IMG/VR virus record: IMGVR_UViG_3300028829_004911
Strand: one strand, 5' to 3'
Origin: a virus
DNA length: 64,000 nt
Made by a program: the position numbers and the translations under genes
Part shown: positions 1-7,998 of the stretch, piece by piece
How positions within the stretch are numbered: the first letter of the stretch is position 1
Layout of the letters: each line of letters opens with the position of its first letter
The notes under the pieces: generated by a model
The model's database searches: none
Told to the model about the DNA's origin: nothing
The model's input: the letters and a program-made list of their open reading frames with translations, nothing else

Positions 1-150
1 TTTCGGGAATGGGTTGGTGGATTATTTCGGGAATGGGTTGGTGGATTATTTCGGGAATGGGTTGGTGGATTATTTCGGGAATGGGTTGGTGGATTATTTC
101 GGGAATGGGTTGGTGGATTATTTCGGGAATGGATGGGTGTATTATTTTTG
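1..150. repeat. Tandem array: five perfect 25-bp units TTTCGGGAATGGGTTGGTGGATTAT (1-125) plus a sixth diverged unit (126-150)
   Basis: Read directly. The array begins at base 1, so it may continue upstream or mark a genome end. Confidence 0.95.
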
Positions 151-669
151 TGGTGGGCAGTTCTTGACTGGGTTTTGATCGCGTTACGTTACTCCTAGAA
201 TGATTCGCGGGTTGTGTCAAGCGGAGTGTATTGCGTGTATAGCGGTGTATTACGGGTGTATTGCGTATAAAAACAATACACCGCCCCGATCCACCTATTT
301 TTTAAGGATATAATTAGAAAGAAAGAAGATAGTGTATTGAATGTATTCAATTCCCTTACCTCGCTAGGGCAACCATACTTTTTTTTATAAAAACTATAAC
401 TTAATGCCTTACAGTATGTCGTATATATCGTAAAACGTGTGAAATATGTATTTTTTATAAAAATATGTATGGTTGATATAGAGCGGGGATGGAATCCAAT
501 ACATTCAATACATAATACATTTTTATACACTATTGACATTAAAATGTATGGTCTATATACAGTAGGGAGAAAAGCAATACACAATACACCTAATGTATCT
601 AGTAATATCAATGACTTAGCTGGTGTATTAGGTGAGGTGTGCTGCGGGTGTATTGAAATTCTAATACAC
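137..669. repeat. Dispersed heptamer field GTGTATT / AATACAC with ATGTATT / AATACAT variants
   Basis: GTGTATT at 137,226,245,256,332,623,648. AATACAC at 275,576,583,663. Relaxed copies at 341,446,498,507,514. AT-rich, no convincing gene. Confidence 0.85.
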
Positions 670-781
670 TCATGTTCCATTCGTGGTTACACGGATGCAC
701 CAGATTTTACACAAACCCCGCGTAGCGGGAAGGCTCTGCCTTCTTCTCATGGGTGATTCCACGATTCAAGAAAGGTTAACA

Positions 782-1486
782 ATGAAACACGTCCCTAAGA
801 CCCCAAATATCCGCATCCGCAAGCGCCGAGGAATTGATGACACGATTGGTGTACGCAAAGTCGAACAGATGCAGCGCCGTGAGCGTGCTCGTAATACTGT
901 CGATGTTATTACGTCCGGTCAAGACCCAGAAATTCCTCTCCTACGTAAAGGTGCGACAGAGGAAGAAATTGCGGAGATTGCGGCTGAGCGTGAAAAGCGC
1001 GAACAGCGTGACCTAGCCGAACACATCAAACAACACAACGCCGAGAACAAAGCACGCGTCACGCGCTACTCTAACAATGCCGCAAAAGCTGACGCGCTTC
1101 TCACCCCCACAACGTACACCCGCCTCGACCCCGAAAAGTTGATAGGCAACCACACCATGAAGTTTCGTATTCGATGTAAATTTTGTGGCGAAGTCCGCTA
1201 CACCAATGTAAACTATCCGAATACGTTGTGGCACAAGGGTGGCTACATCACTTGTTCCTGTACCAAGTCTCGTAACAATGTACGTGAAATGCGTAAACAC
1301 CTTCCTGATGGCTACGAGATGGATGGGGACCCAGTCACCCGTCACGCTCATAAGATGACTGTGACCTGCCCCGCTGGGCACGTATCAAATCCCACCTACA
1401 ATTCGTTCATGGCGAAGGCAAAAGCAGATGGGGGTATGTATACATGTAAGCGCTGCGCTGGCACGGATGGGAGATTTAAGCAATGA
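782..1486 (+). CDS. Hypothetical Cys-rich (zinc-ribbon-like) protein
   Basis: Track ORF 683..1486 trimmed to the ATG at 782 behind AGAAAGG. C-terminal CxxC and CxxC pairs. Confidence 0.6.
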   Translation: MKHVPKTPNIRIRKRRGIDDTIGVRKVEQMQRRERARNTVDVITSGQDPEIPLLRKGATEEEIAEIAAEREKREQRDLAEHIKQHNAENKARVTRYSNNAAKADALLTPTTYTRLDPEKLIGNHTMKFRIRCKFCGEVRYTNVNYPNTLWHKGGYITCSCTKSRNNVREMRKHLPDGYEMDGDPVTRHAHKMTVTCPAGHVSNPTYNSFMAKAKADGGMYTCKRCAGTDGRFKQ

Positions 1487-1497
1487 ATAGAGGGCTA

Positions 1498-1526
1498 TTG
1501 ACGAATCATGGTGGGTCCCCTATCAA
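1498..1526 (+). promoter_or_regulatory. Sigma70-like promoter with TTGACGAATCA box
   Basis: TTGACG, 17-nt spacer, TATCAA. 45 nt upstream of the 1572 gene. Confidence 0.6.
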
Positions 1527-1571
1527 CAAACCAGAAGCAGTGCGCAATAACCTAACGAAAGGACTATTAGA

Positions 1572-1844
1572 ATGAATTACGCGAAACTAGACGGCGAAAA
1601 TATCGTCATCACAATCCCCGCCAGCGACCTATCAGGTGCAGCATACCAAGGGCTTGAAGCCGTTGGCTGCGAATATGACGACGACATGGACTATGCTAAT
1701 CTAGCGCGCGATCTTGTGGTGGAATTGAACAGCGAAAGTGAAGACGGAGCCACACTTGTAAGTGCTATGTTGGATGCCGCCGTTAGTAAAATCATATCCG
1801 AGAAAGAAGCGGCAAGCAGACGTATGGAAGAAAAGCGAGTTTAG
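1572..1844 (+). CDS. Hypothetical acidic protein (possible extension to 1942 by a -1 shift)
   Basis: Track ORF, RBS AAAGGA. A start-less coding-looking frame continues 1835-1942. Confidence 0.7.
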   Translation: MNYAKLDGENIVITIPASDLSGAAYQGLEAVGCEYDDDMDYANLARDLVVELNSESEDGATLVSAMLDAAVSKIISEKEAASRRMEEKRV

Positions 1845-1951
1845 AGCGCCTAGCCGCAATCAAAGAGCGAGAAGAGGCCCAGCAAGAAGCAGCCGCATTC
1901 GCCCGTTTCAAAGCCGAAGAGGCAGTGAAGGGGGTAATTTGAAAATAGTGC

Positions 1952-1980
1952 TTGACGAATCACTCAGTGAACCGTATCTA
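1952..1980 (+). promoter_or_regulatory. Sigma70-like promoter with TTGACGAATCA box
   Basis: TTGACG, 17 nt, TATCTA. Confidence 0.6.
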
Positions 1981-2047
1981 TGATTTATTGCAACGATTTG
2001 GAGGACTTCATATGTAGAACTATCCACGCCGCGACGGATCATGGAGC

Positions 2048-2245
2048 GTGTACATCATACAAGCTTTGTACAATAAAGACGCCAAAAAACAGTGGGGAAC
2101 GTACACGTGGGTAGATCGTTACGACAACCGCGTGCGGTGCGAAGCGTTGGGGCTTGTATACGAAGAAACCACATTGCAGGCATCCGGCAAAATCTGGCAG
2201 CAGTCAGGAATTCACGGCACGAAAACCTTGAATACGCTAAGGTAA
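2048..2245 (+). CDS. Hypothetical small protein
   Basis: Track ORF with GTG start and poor RBS spacing. The overlapping Arg-rich ORF 2092..2337 looks less coding. Confidence 0.35.
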   Translation: MYIIQALYNKDAKKQWGTYTWVDRYDNRVRCEALGLVYEETTLQASGKIWQQSGIHGTKTLNTLR

Positions 2246-2409
2246 TTTTACGCCTTTGCCGACAAAATCACCCTGAACATACGCACAGAATTGTTCTGAT
2301 GAATGTGTCACGGGCGACGGTCGAGGTGGCGGCGTGAAGGAGACAGCCCGCAGCCGCTCTTCTTTGGAAGAAGCCTACGAAATTAAAGATAATCGTGAAG
2401 AGGAGAACA

Positions 2410-2859
2410 ATGACACCGGAAACTGAATCAGTGATCGAGAAACTGGTAAACCTTTTGAATCGCGCTGACGCGCGCACACAAACACTTGAGAATGCTTCTA
2501 ACGAACAAACAGATTTAATTGCTGAGCTTCAAGATCAGAAAGACGTTGACGTAGATTACATCCAGAGTTTGGAGGCACAAATCCGCACTCTGATTGATCA
2601 AGCGACGGAGGCACAGCACCGTACAAATCTCCGCACGATTCAACTTGCATGGGATGCGCGGGACAATTATACCAACTATGGTTGGTGGGAATACATGGTA
2701 AATACCGATGACCGTAATAATTTCAGAGCACTTGCTGACGCAATGAGATGCAACGAAAAAATAAATGCAATTAAGTACGTACGCGCCGTGACAGGGTGCA
2801 GCCTTAAAGACGGAAAGAATTTTGTTGAAGGACTATTCCATAAGGAAGACATGGATTGA
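2410..2859 (+). CDS. Hypothetical protein with a ribosomal L7/L12 C-terminal-domain-like segment
   Basis: ATG at 2410 behind GAGGAG. KINAIKYVRAVTGCSLKDGKNFVEG resembles bacterial L12 [25 protein letters not shown]. Confidence 0.7.
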   Translation: MTPETESVIEKLVNLLNRADARTQTLENASNEQTDLIAELQDQKDVDVDYIQSLEAQIRTLIDQATEAQHRTNLRTIQLAWDARDNYTNYGWWEYMVNTDDRNNFRALADAMRCNEKINAIKYVRAVTGCSLKDGKNFVEGLFHKEDMD

Positions 2860-2868
2860 AGAATTGAG

Positions 2869-2897
2869 TTGACGAATCAGTTTGAACAGGCAATAAC
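2869..2897 (+). promoter_or_regulatory. Candidate promoter with TTGACGAATCA box
   Basis: TTGACG present, -10 weak (AATAAC/ATAACG). Confidence 0.45.
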
Positions 2898-2923
2898 GTC
2901 GTTGATAATAAAAGGAGTAGGTA

Positions 2924-3121
2924 ATGAATAAACCATCCGTAGGAAATGCTACCGTGGAGATAGAAATTTCATCTCCTATTTTGCGCAGCGGTTTAACGAT
3001 ACGCACGTGGACAAGTGAAAAATACGTAGACAGCGCGGCGCGGTCTATGTTAAATATAGCGCGATCAATTAACACCAATCCGAACGCCTCGGCTGACACC
3101 GAAATTCAAAATGGAACCTGA
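2924..3121 (+). CDS. Hypothetical small protein
   Basis: Track ORF, RBS AAAGGAG. Confidence 0.65.
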   Translation: MNKPSVGNATVEIEISSPILRSGLTIRTWTSEKYVDSAARSMLNIARSINTNPNASADTEIQNGT

Positions 3122-3176
3122 GTATTTAGGTGACTAACCACCGCACAACAGCACAGGATAAATGATATGAAAAATA

Positions 3177-3205
3177 TTGACGAATCATTCGGCATCATCC
3201 ATAAA
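3177..3205 (+). promoter_or_regulatory. Candidate promoter with TTGACGAATCA box
   Basis: TTGACG, 17-18 nt, CATAAA/ATAAAA. Lies inside track ORF 3167..3352, which argues against that ORF's start. Confidence 0.5.
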
Positions 3206-3232
3206 AGTATCAACAGCAGAAGGAGAAGCGAT

Positions 3233-3352
3233 ATGAAACTCAACGGAAGCCCTATACTGAGCCAAAACATCCTCGCCCAACCGTACCTCGCGAAATTGAA
3301 CGTAACTGCCCCGCTACAAGTTAGGAGAAACCATGTCCGAATTTATTTTTAA
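3233..3352 (+). CDS. Hypothetical 39-aa peptide
   Basis: ATG at 3233 behind AAGGAGA, downstream of the 3177 promoter, in frame with track ORF 3167. Confidence 0.35.
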   Translation: MKLNGSPILSQNILAQPYLAKLNVTAPLQVRRNHVRIYF

Positions 3353-3983
3353 AGCTACTGAGTTTAGTTCCTATGGCACATTAGATACAGCGTTACAGGC
3401 AGCGAAACGCCACCGAAATGTGGCCATCAGCCGTGAATTTAACAACGCACTAGCGCGGTGGGATGAAACCGAAGGAAAACTTCTAAAAGAATGGGAAGAA
3501 GAATGCGATATTTACCGTACAGAACAGAGATGTTCTATGGAAGAACTGCAGAAAATACAACGCGTGATCGCTGATGAGTATGATAAAGCTGTTACAAAGT
3601 ACAAGGCGGGTGGGCTTATTTATAGAATGTTCCACAACATTGAATCGTATAGCAGTTATGAGAAAAAAGTTTTCCAAGCTGCGGGATGGTATAAATATCG
3701 GGGGAGGTGGACACCGCCACGAAAAGAGTATGCGCCTAGTGAATACTACACGGGGGCACGAGAAAATGCGACGGGACGGCCCACGAAACCTGAGATTTCC
3801 AGACCCACACGTGGTCAATATAAAAACCAATTCACAGAGTTTTTGGATCAACTCGCGCCGTTAAAAGCCGCTTTAGCTATGGGCGCGTCTGAAATTCGTA
3901 TAGATGTTTCGATGATGAAAACGTTCCTACGCGCACAGGAAGAATCTGATAAATATCTGAAAGGAATTACAACGTCCATTTAG
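3333..3983 (+). CDS. Hypothetical protein
   Basis: Track ORF, RBS AGGAGA. Confidence 0.8.
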   Translation: MSEFIFKATEFSSYGTLDTALQAAKRHRNVAISREFNNALARWDETEGKLLKEWEEECDIYRTEQRCSMEELQKIQRVIADEYDKAVTKYKAGGLIYRMFHNIESYSSYEKKVFQAAGWYKYRGRWTPPRKEYAPSEYYTGARENATGRPTKPEISRPTRGQYKNQFTEFLDQLAPLKAALAMGASEIRIDVSMMKTFLRAQEESDKYLKGITTSI

Positions 3984-4005
3984 ATACGAGAACGTATAAG
4001 GGGCC

Positions 4006-4034
4006 TTGACGAATCACATACAACTACGTAAATA
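4006..4034 (+). promoter_or_regulatory. Sigma70-like promoter with TTGACGAATCA box
   Basis: TTGACG, 17 nt, TAAATA. Confidence 0.6.
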
Positions 4035-4100
4035 TATACCAACAGAAACATTCAGGAGGTACTAAAATGGGAAGTTTTAATACAACGTGCGCGGTAACCA

Positions 4101-4760
4101 ATGTCGCTGCTTGAATGCGACGACTGCGCCTTCACAGGTGAAAACGTCCCGACCGACTTCCACGAAATCCACATCACCGTGGGCGCTCTTGAGCATAAGA
4201 CGGCAGATTTTGTCGCAGCTTGCGAAGAGTTAGAAGTGAAGCCTATCGTCATATCGTATAACAATCGGGACAACAACACGTTTACATTGTCTGATCCGAT
4301 GACGTCACATAAGTTTCGCGGGACCGAAGTGGAAGCACTGCAGGAGGCAAAGAGAATCAGCGAAGGGCTTAACTTCGCAGGGTTCTACCCAATCCGGTGT
4401 AAGATCGAGACTACCCTCACGAATCCTATTGTGGAACAAGGGAAGGGTTATTTTGAATCTCATATCGGAATCGACCTTCCGAAGGACCGAATCGAGGACC
4501 TACGTGCCAACGCGAAATCCTTGGGCGCACACGTATCCGCGAATGCTTTCAAAGACCATGGTGATGCGGTTACACAAATGGTGACAGTACGCGCTAACGC
4601 GCGTGACACCACACCAGCCAAGTTTCAATACCACATGCGCTGGATGCATGGTATGTTAGACAGCATGGAAGGCTTCAATGCAAATAAGTTGATTGTTGAA
4701 TACTGTTGGTATGATAGCAATCGTGACCACGATAAATTATGGATGGGAGACAAAGTATGA
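4101..4760 (+). CDS. Hypothetical protein with HITV / HIGI histidine motifs
   Basis: Track ORF. A strong RBS at 4054 instead serves a 15-codon ORF (4066-4113) overlapping this start. Confidence 0.75.
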   Translation: MSLLECDDCAFTGENVPTDFHEIHITVGALEHKTADFVAACEELEVKPIVISYNNRDNNTFTLSDPMTSHKFRGTEVEALQEAKRISEGLNFAGFYPIRCKIETTLTNPIVEQGKGYFESHIGIDLPKDRIEDLRANAKSLGAHVSANAFKDHGDAVTQMVTVRANARDTTPAKFQYHMRWMHGMLDSMEGFNANKLIVEYCWYDSNRDHDKLWMGDKV

Positions 4761-5196
4761 AATATGATACCTTTTTAAAAGCCGTCGAGGCTGTGAAGAT
4801 TCCGCAGCATGATTATTCGTCTAACAGAAGCACCGGAGTGGGCACACACGACCTTCGAGAATACGACTGGGGACGTGAAAACGACCGCGACGAAACCGTA
4901 TACGTATATGATCAAGTTTTTTAACTGGCGGAGTCTCAGGTGGATCATGTTGGGAGGACTCTAACCCCACTTCATATACTACAGGAGGTTCTCTTGGAAG
5001 ATTCGGCGCACTGGATAACATTGTGCGTGCGCTGGCTCCAAGCATATCGTTCTCAGAGTATGAAAGTATTCTAGAGAAAGTCGAGCGCGATTCTTATACA
5101 GATTATGAGTATTACGGGAATCAGACGACTTACGTATACCAGCGTATTTCTGTTCTCGATCTGTGGGGAATTCTATCGCAGTGTATGGCCCTGTAA
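4757..5196 (+). CDS. Hypothetical protein needing a -1 shift at a T6 run (4917-4922), or two fragments
   Basis: ORF 4757-4924 ends GTT TTT TAA. A 91-codon coding-looking frame with no start runs 4924-5196 and abuts the next gene. Confidence 0.5.
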
Positions 5197-5565
5197 GTGC
5201 CCGAAATAACTTTCATAATAGGACTCCCCGCGTCTGGAAAAACGACGCTGGGGAGGTCTATGGGGATACCTTTTTTTGAAGATGCCGAGGAAATTCCGAC
5301 AGGAATTGAAGGTGATTTTGCGTTAGATTCTCCTTTCTTTTGTGAAGAGAAATCCCTAGAACGTGCACAACTTTCTGCGAGGAAAATGTACCCGAACCAC
5401 AAACATGTTTTAATATTTTTTGAAAATAACCCACATCAATGCCTAATCAATTCCCACGAGCGCGGGGGTCGTCGGGTTTCTGGTTTTATTAGGCACATGT
5501 CACAAAGATATAGACCACCGTGTGATGCTATACCAGTGTGGGATTATTTTGAAAACAATACTTGA
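5197..5565 (+). CDS. Small P-loop NTPase / kinase-like protein
   Basis: GTG start right after TAA. Walker A GLPASGKTT. Confidence 0.7.
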   Translation: MPEITFIIGLPASGKTTLGRSMGIPFFEDAEEIPTGIEGDFALDSPFFCEEKSLERAQLSARKMYPNHKHVLIFFENNPHQCLINSHERGGRRVSGFIRHMSQRYRPPCDAIPVWDYFENNT

Positions 5566-5590
5566 CAGATAAAACAATCTACGATATTTG
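5562..5590 (+). promoter_or_regulatory. Candidate sigma70-like promoter
   Basis: TTGACA, 17 nt, TATTTG. Confidence 0.4.
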
Positions 5591-5653
5591 TCAGGAGAAG
5601 CATCAAACACAGTGTTTTAAAATACACAACAAATCACAGGAGAGTTTTTACAG

Positions 5654-5821
5654 ATGGATAGCCTAATCGACTTTCTACGAGAAACGAGCACCGCACGGAA
5701 GCTGTACATAGGAGCTACCGCAGCATTCACCACTGCAGGACTTGCGGGCGGAGGTATCGTTTCTGGTGCCTATGTACTTGGATGCTGCCTCTTTTTTGCA
5801 GCACTTTGGGAGGTAGTTTAA
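5654..5821 (+). CDS. Hypothetical 55-aa membrane protein
   Basis: Not in track (<60 aa). ATG behind AGGAGA, hydrophobic C-half, TAATATG junction with the next gene. Confidence 0.5.
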   Translation: MDSLIDFLRETSTARKLYIGATAAFTTAGLAGGGIVSGAYVLGCCLFFAALWEVV

Positions 5822-5822
5822 T

Positions 5823-6284
5823 ATGAGAAAACAAAACAAAAAATGGAATATTGATAGCATCAAAGCTGCTGCCGTTGCTTATGATGACATATCTAACTTT
5901 CGTAAGAATTCTCCGAAAGCCCACGCTGCAGCGCGTCGACTAAAAATTTTAAAAGACGTGACAGCCCATATGATCGAAACACAGGAACAGTGGAACCACG
6001 AAAATGTGGCCAAAACTGCCGCGCAGTACAAAACACGCGGAGAGTTTTCGAAAGCAGCGGCAGGCGGATATACATTTGCACGTCGTAAGGGAATTCTCGA
6101 TGAAATATGTGCCCACATGCCCAGCAATGTTTCCAAAGCAAACGCAAAGTGGACCAAGAGTACAATCATGGCGGAGGCGGCTAAATTTCCTACGAAGTCA
6201 AAATTTCGTACTGGAAACAGATCTGCATATGTAACTGCATCGAAGATGGGAATTCTTGCTGAGCTGTTTGGGGATCTGAAATAG
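5823..6284 (+). CDS. Hypothetical protein built of three ~45-aa repeats
   Basis: Repeats W..x..A..Y....F......Y..A.+.GIL.....HM at aa 6-50, 55-99, 108-152. Confidence 0.8.
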   Translation: MRKQNKKWNIDSIKAAAVAYDDISNFRKNSPKAHAAARRLKILKDVTAHMIETQEQWNHENVAKTAAQYKTRGEFSKAAAGGYTFARRKGILDEICAHMPSNVSKANAKWTKSTIMAEAAKFPTKSKFRTGNRSAYVTASKMGILAELFGDLK

Positions 6285-6488
6285 ATGGCTGATCTAACAT
6301 TATTTGAACGTGTCGAACTGCACACGAAAGGCAATCCAGAGGACAGTCTCGTACCAGATTTGGCGTATGAGATTGGACGACTGCAATATGGGTTGCGGAT
6401 GATCGCGGACAATACATTTTCGGACACCCCCCACACTGCTGTTGAAGACGTGCGTTCATTTGCAGACCACCACTTAAAGGAAGCTTAA
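6285..6488 (+). CDS. Hypothetical protein
   Basis: Track ORF, starts directly after the previous stop. Confidence 0.65.
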   Translation: MADLTLFERVELHTKGNPEDSLVPDLAYEIGRLQYGLRMIADNTFSDTPHTAVEDVRSFADHHLKEA

Positions 6489-6489
6489 C

Positions 6490-6699
6490 ATGTTTTATTT
6501 AGTGGCTTTCGCCTATCTTTTCGGCGTCGCAGTATCTATATATTTGGGGACACACACCACTCCTGTGCCAAAGGACAACGCACCTAGAGGGCAGTGTGAG
6601 GCGTTTCAGTACGGAGATATGATGGTATGTGAAACGTGTAGAACATCATGGTACATCGCCAAATCTTACGCGCCGCCGTGCTTGGGAGACGGAACATGA
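6490..6699 (+). CDS. Hypothetical membrane-anchored Cys-rich protein
   Basis: Track ORF, N-terminal hydrophobic helix. Confidence 0.6.
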   Translation: MFYLVAFAYLFGVAVSIYLGTHTTPVPKDNAPRGQCEAFQYGDMMVCETCRTSWYIAKSYAPPCLGDGT

Positions 6700-7358
6700 A
6701 AAACACCAAACTAAAAGCCTATCTGGTCAACAGTGATTGGGCAGAGGACAACACGTCAATACAGTTTGCACGCCATGCCATAACAGCGCGAGTGAACGGC
6801 TTGAATGACCTGAGTTGTGATACGGATTGCCTAGAAGGATCACGGTGTAACCGCGCCCCCCAATTGGACCAGTACGGGAGTGCTGGAAACGTGCCTGTGT
6901 GGCTTTTGGTAGAAATGGGGTGGGGGGGTTTCGAGTGTTCGGGGTGTGGACTAGAATTCAGCGCGGATTCTTTGAATGAAGAAAACAAGAATATCATAGA
7001 TATCGTAGGAGACTACGGGGGATTGTGTTTTTGCGATATAGCATGCCAAGATGACCACAATCGGTTCCTACACGAGGAGAGAAATTTTGAAGCGATTGAA
7101 ATAGACCGCATAAAAGCGGAGCTGGAGGCAGCGCACCCTAAAGGAATTGTATACGACGAAGTTAGTCAACATTTTCATGCCAGAAAAAATAAAAACGGAT
7201 GGCGTATTGTTCAAGCGCAGATTCATTTCAGATTTCCAGGATCAACTACAAGGACATGTACGGCAAATGTTACAGAAAAAGAGCCTAAGATGTATATTTT
7301 AGTTACGCCAAACGACCTTGTGGCCTATAATACATGGAAAGAAACGCAGTATACGTAG
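6696..7358 (+). CDS. Hypothetical Cys-rich protein
   Basis: Track ORF 6648..7358 trimmed to the ATGA-coupled ATG at 6696. Confidence 0.75.
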   Translation: MKNTKLKAYLVNSDWAEDNTSIQFARHAITARVNGLNDLSCDTDCLEGSRCNRAPQLDQYGSAGNVPVWLLVEMGWGGFECSGCGLEFSADSLNEENKNIIDIVGDYGGLCFCDIACQDDHNRFLHEERNFEAIEIDRIKAELEAAHPKGIVYDEVSQHFHARKNKNGWRIVQAQIHFRFPGSTTRTCTANVTEKEPKMYILVTPNDLVAYNTWKETQYT

Positions 7359-7382
7359 TTATAACATAGGGAGATTTCAAAG

Positions 7383-7694
7383 ATGGATCTTGAATACATC
7401 ATAAACACTACAAGCCGGATGGAGGTTGGACAAAAACTTATTATATCTAGGTACGAACTTAAGGAACTGGGCGGTTATAACTTTTTAACCGGAGAAACCG
7501 TAATCGACCGTATAAAATCCAATATAATTGGTTCTGCAACACAGTTTCGATTTACCTGTGATCTACGTACTGGAGATTTTATAATTGATAGAATACGATC
7601 TGACGGTAAACGCCGACACGTAGATCACGACCGCAGACACTTGTATCACGAGCCTGTTGAGGGGATATTCATGAGGAGAGAATTAAATGCATGA
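7383..7694 (+). CDS. Hypothetical protein
   Basis: Track ORF, RBS GGGAGA. Confidence 0.7.
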   Translation: MDLEYIINTTSRMEVGQKLIISRYELKELGGYNFLTGETVIDRIKSNIIGSATQFRFTCDLRTGDFIIDRIRSDGKRRHVDHDRRHLYHEPVEGIFMRRELNA

Positions 7695-7998
7695 TGACGT
7701 ACTAAAGGAAATGCAGAAAGCGGCGCTGGATATTGGACACGTTGAATGGGGCACAACCCATGCGCGGGATTCAGACGGACATGCAGAGCATATCCGCAAC
7801 ACTATAGATATTACAGCCAAAACGTTTGACCAGACTGGGGATCAAATGATGCACGGACTGTACGTAGAGGGAACTAACATAGTTGTAAGCCATACAGGCA
7901 CATCGCCGAACAGCCCGACGCATGCAAGAATACTGACCGCTCTATGGAATAAATTTGTAGACGATGCGGTGGCACAGATGGAGCAATCAAATGGATAG
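7687..7998 (+). CDS. Hypothetical protein
   Basis: Track ORF, overlaps the previous stop. Confidence 0.7.
   Translation: MHDDVLKEMQKAALDIGHVEWGTTHARDSDGHAEHIRNTIDITAKTFDQTGDQMMHGLYVEGTNIVVSHTGTSPNSPTHARILTALWNKFVDDAVAQMEQSNG

Noticed and set aside
1-150. CRISPR array
   Set aside because: The 25-bp units are directly abutting with no spacers, and no cas genes are nearby.
195-756. Track ORFs 195..680 (minus, 161 aa) and 439..756 (plus, 105 aa)
   Set aside because: They lie in the AT-rich heptamer-repeat field and have no RBS. Their translations are low-complexity (Tyr/Ile/Asn/Thr-rich) products of the repeats, so they are most likely noncoding.
2092-2337. Track ORF 2092..2337 (81 aa)
   Set aside because: Arg-rich, no RBS, and it overlaps 2048..2245 in another frame. 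Neither ORF is strong, and this one looks less like a protein.
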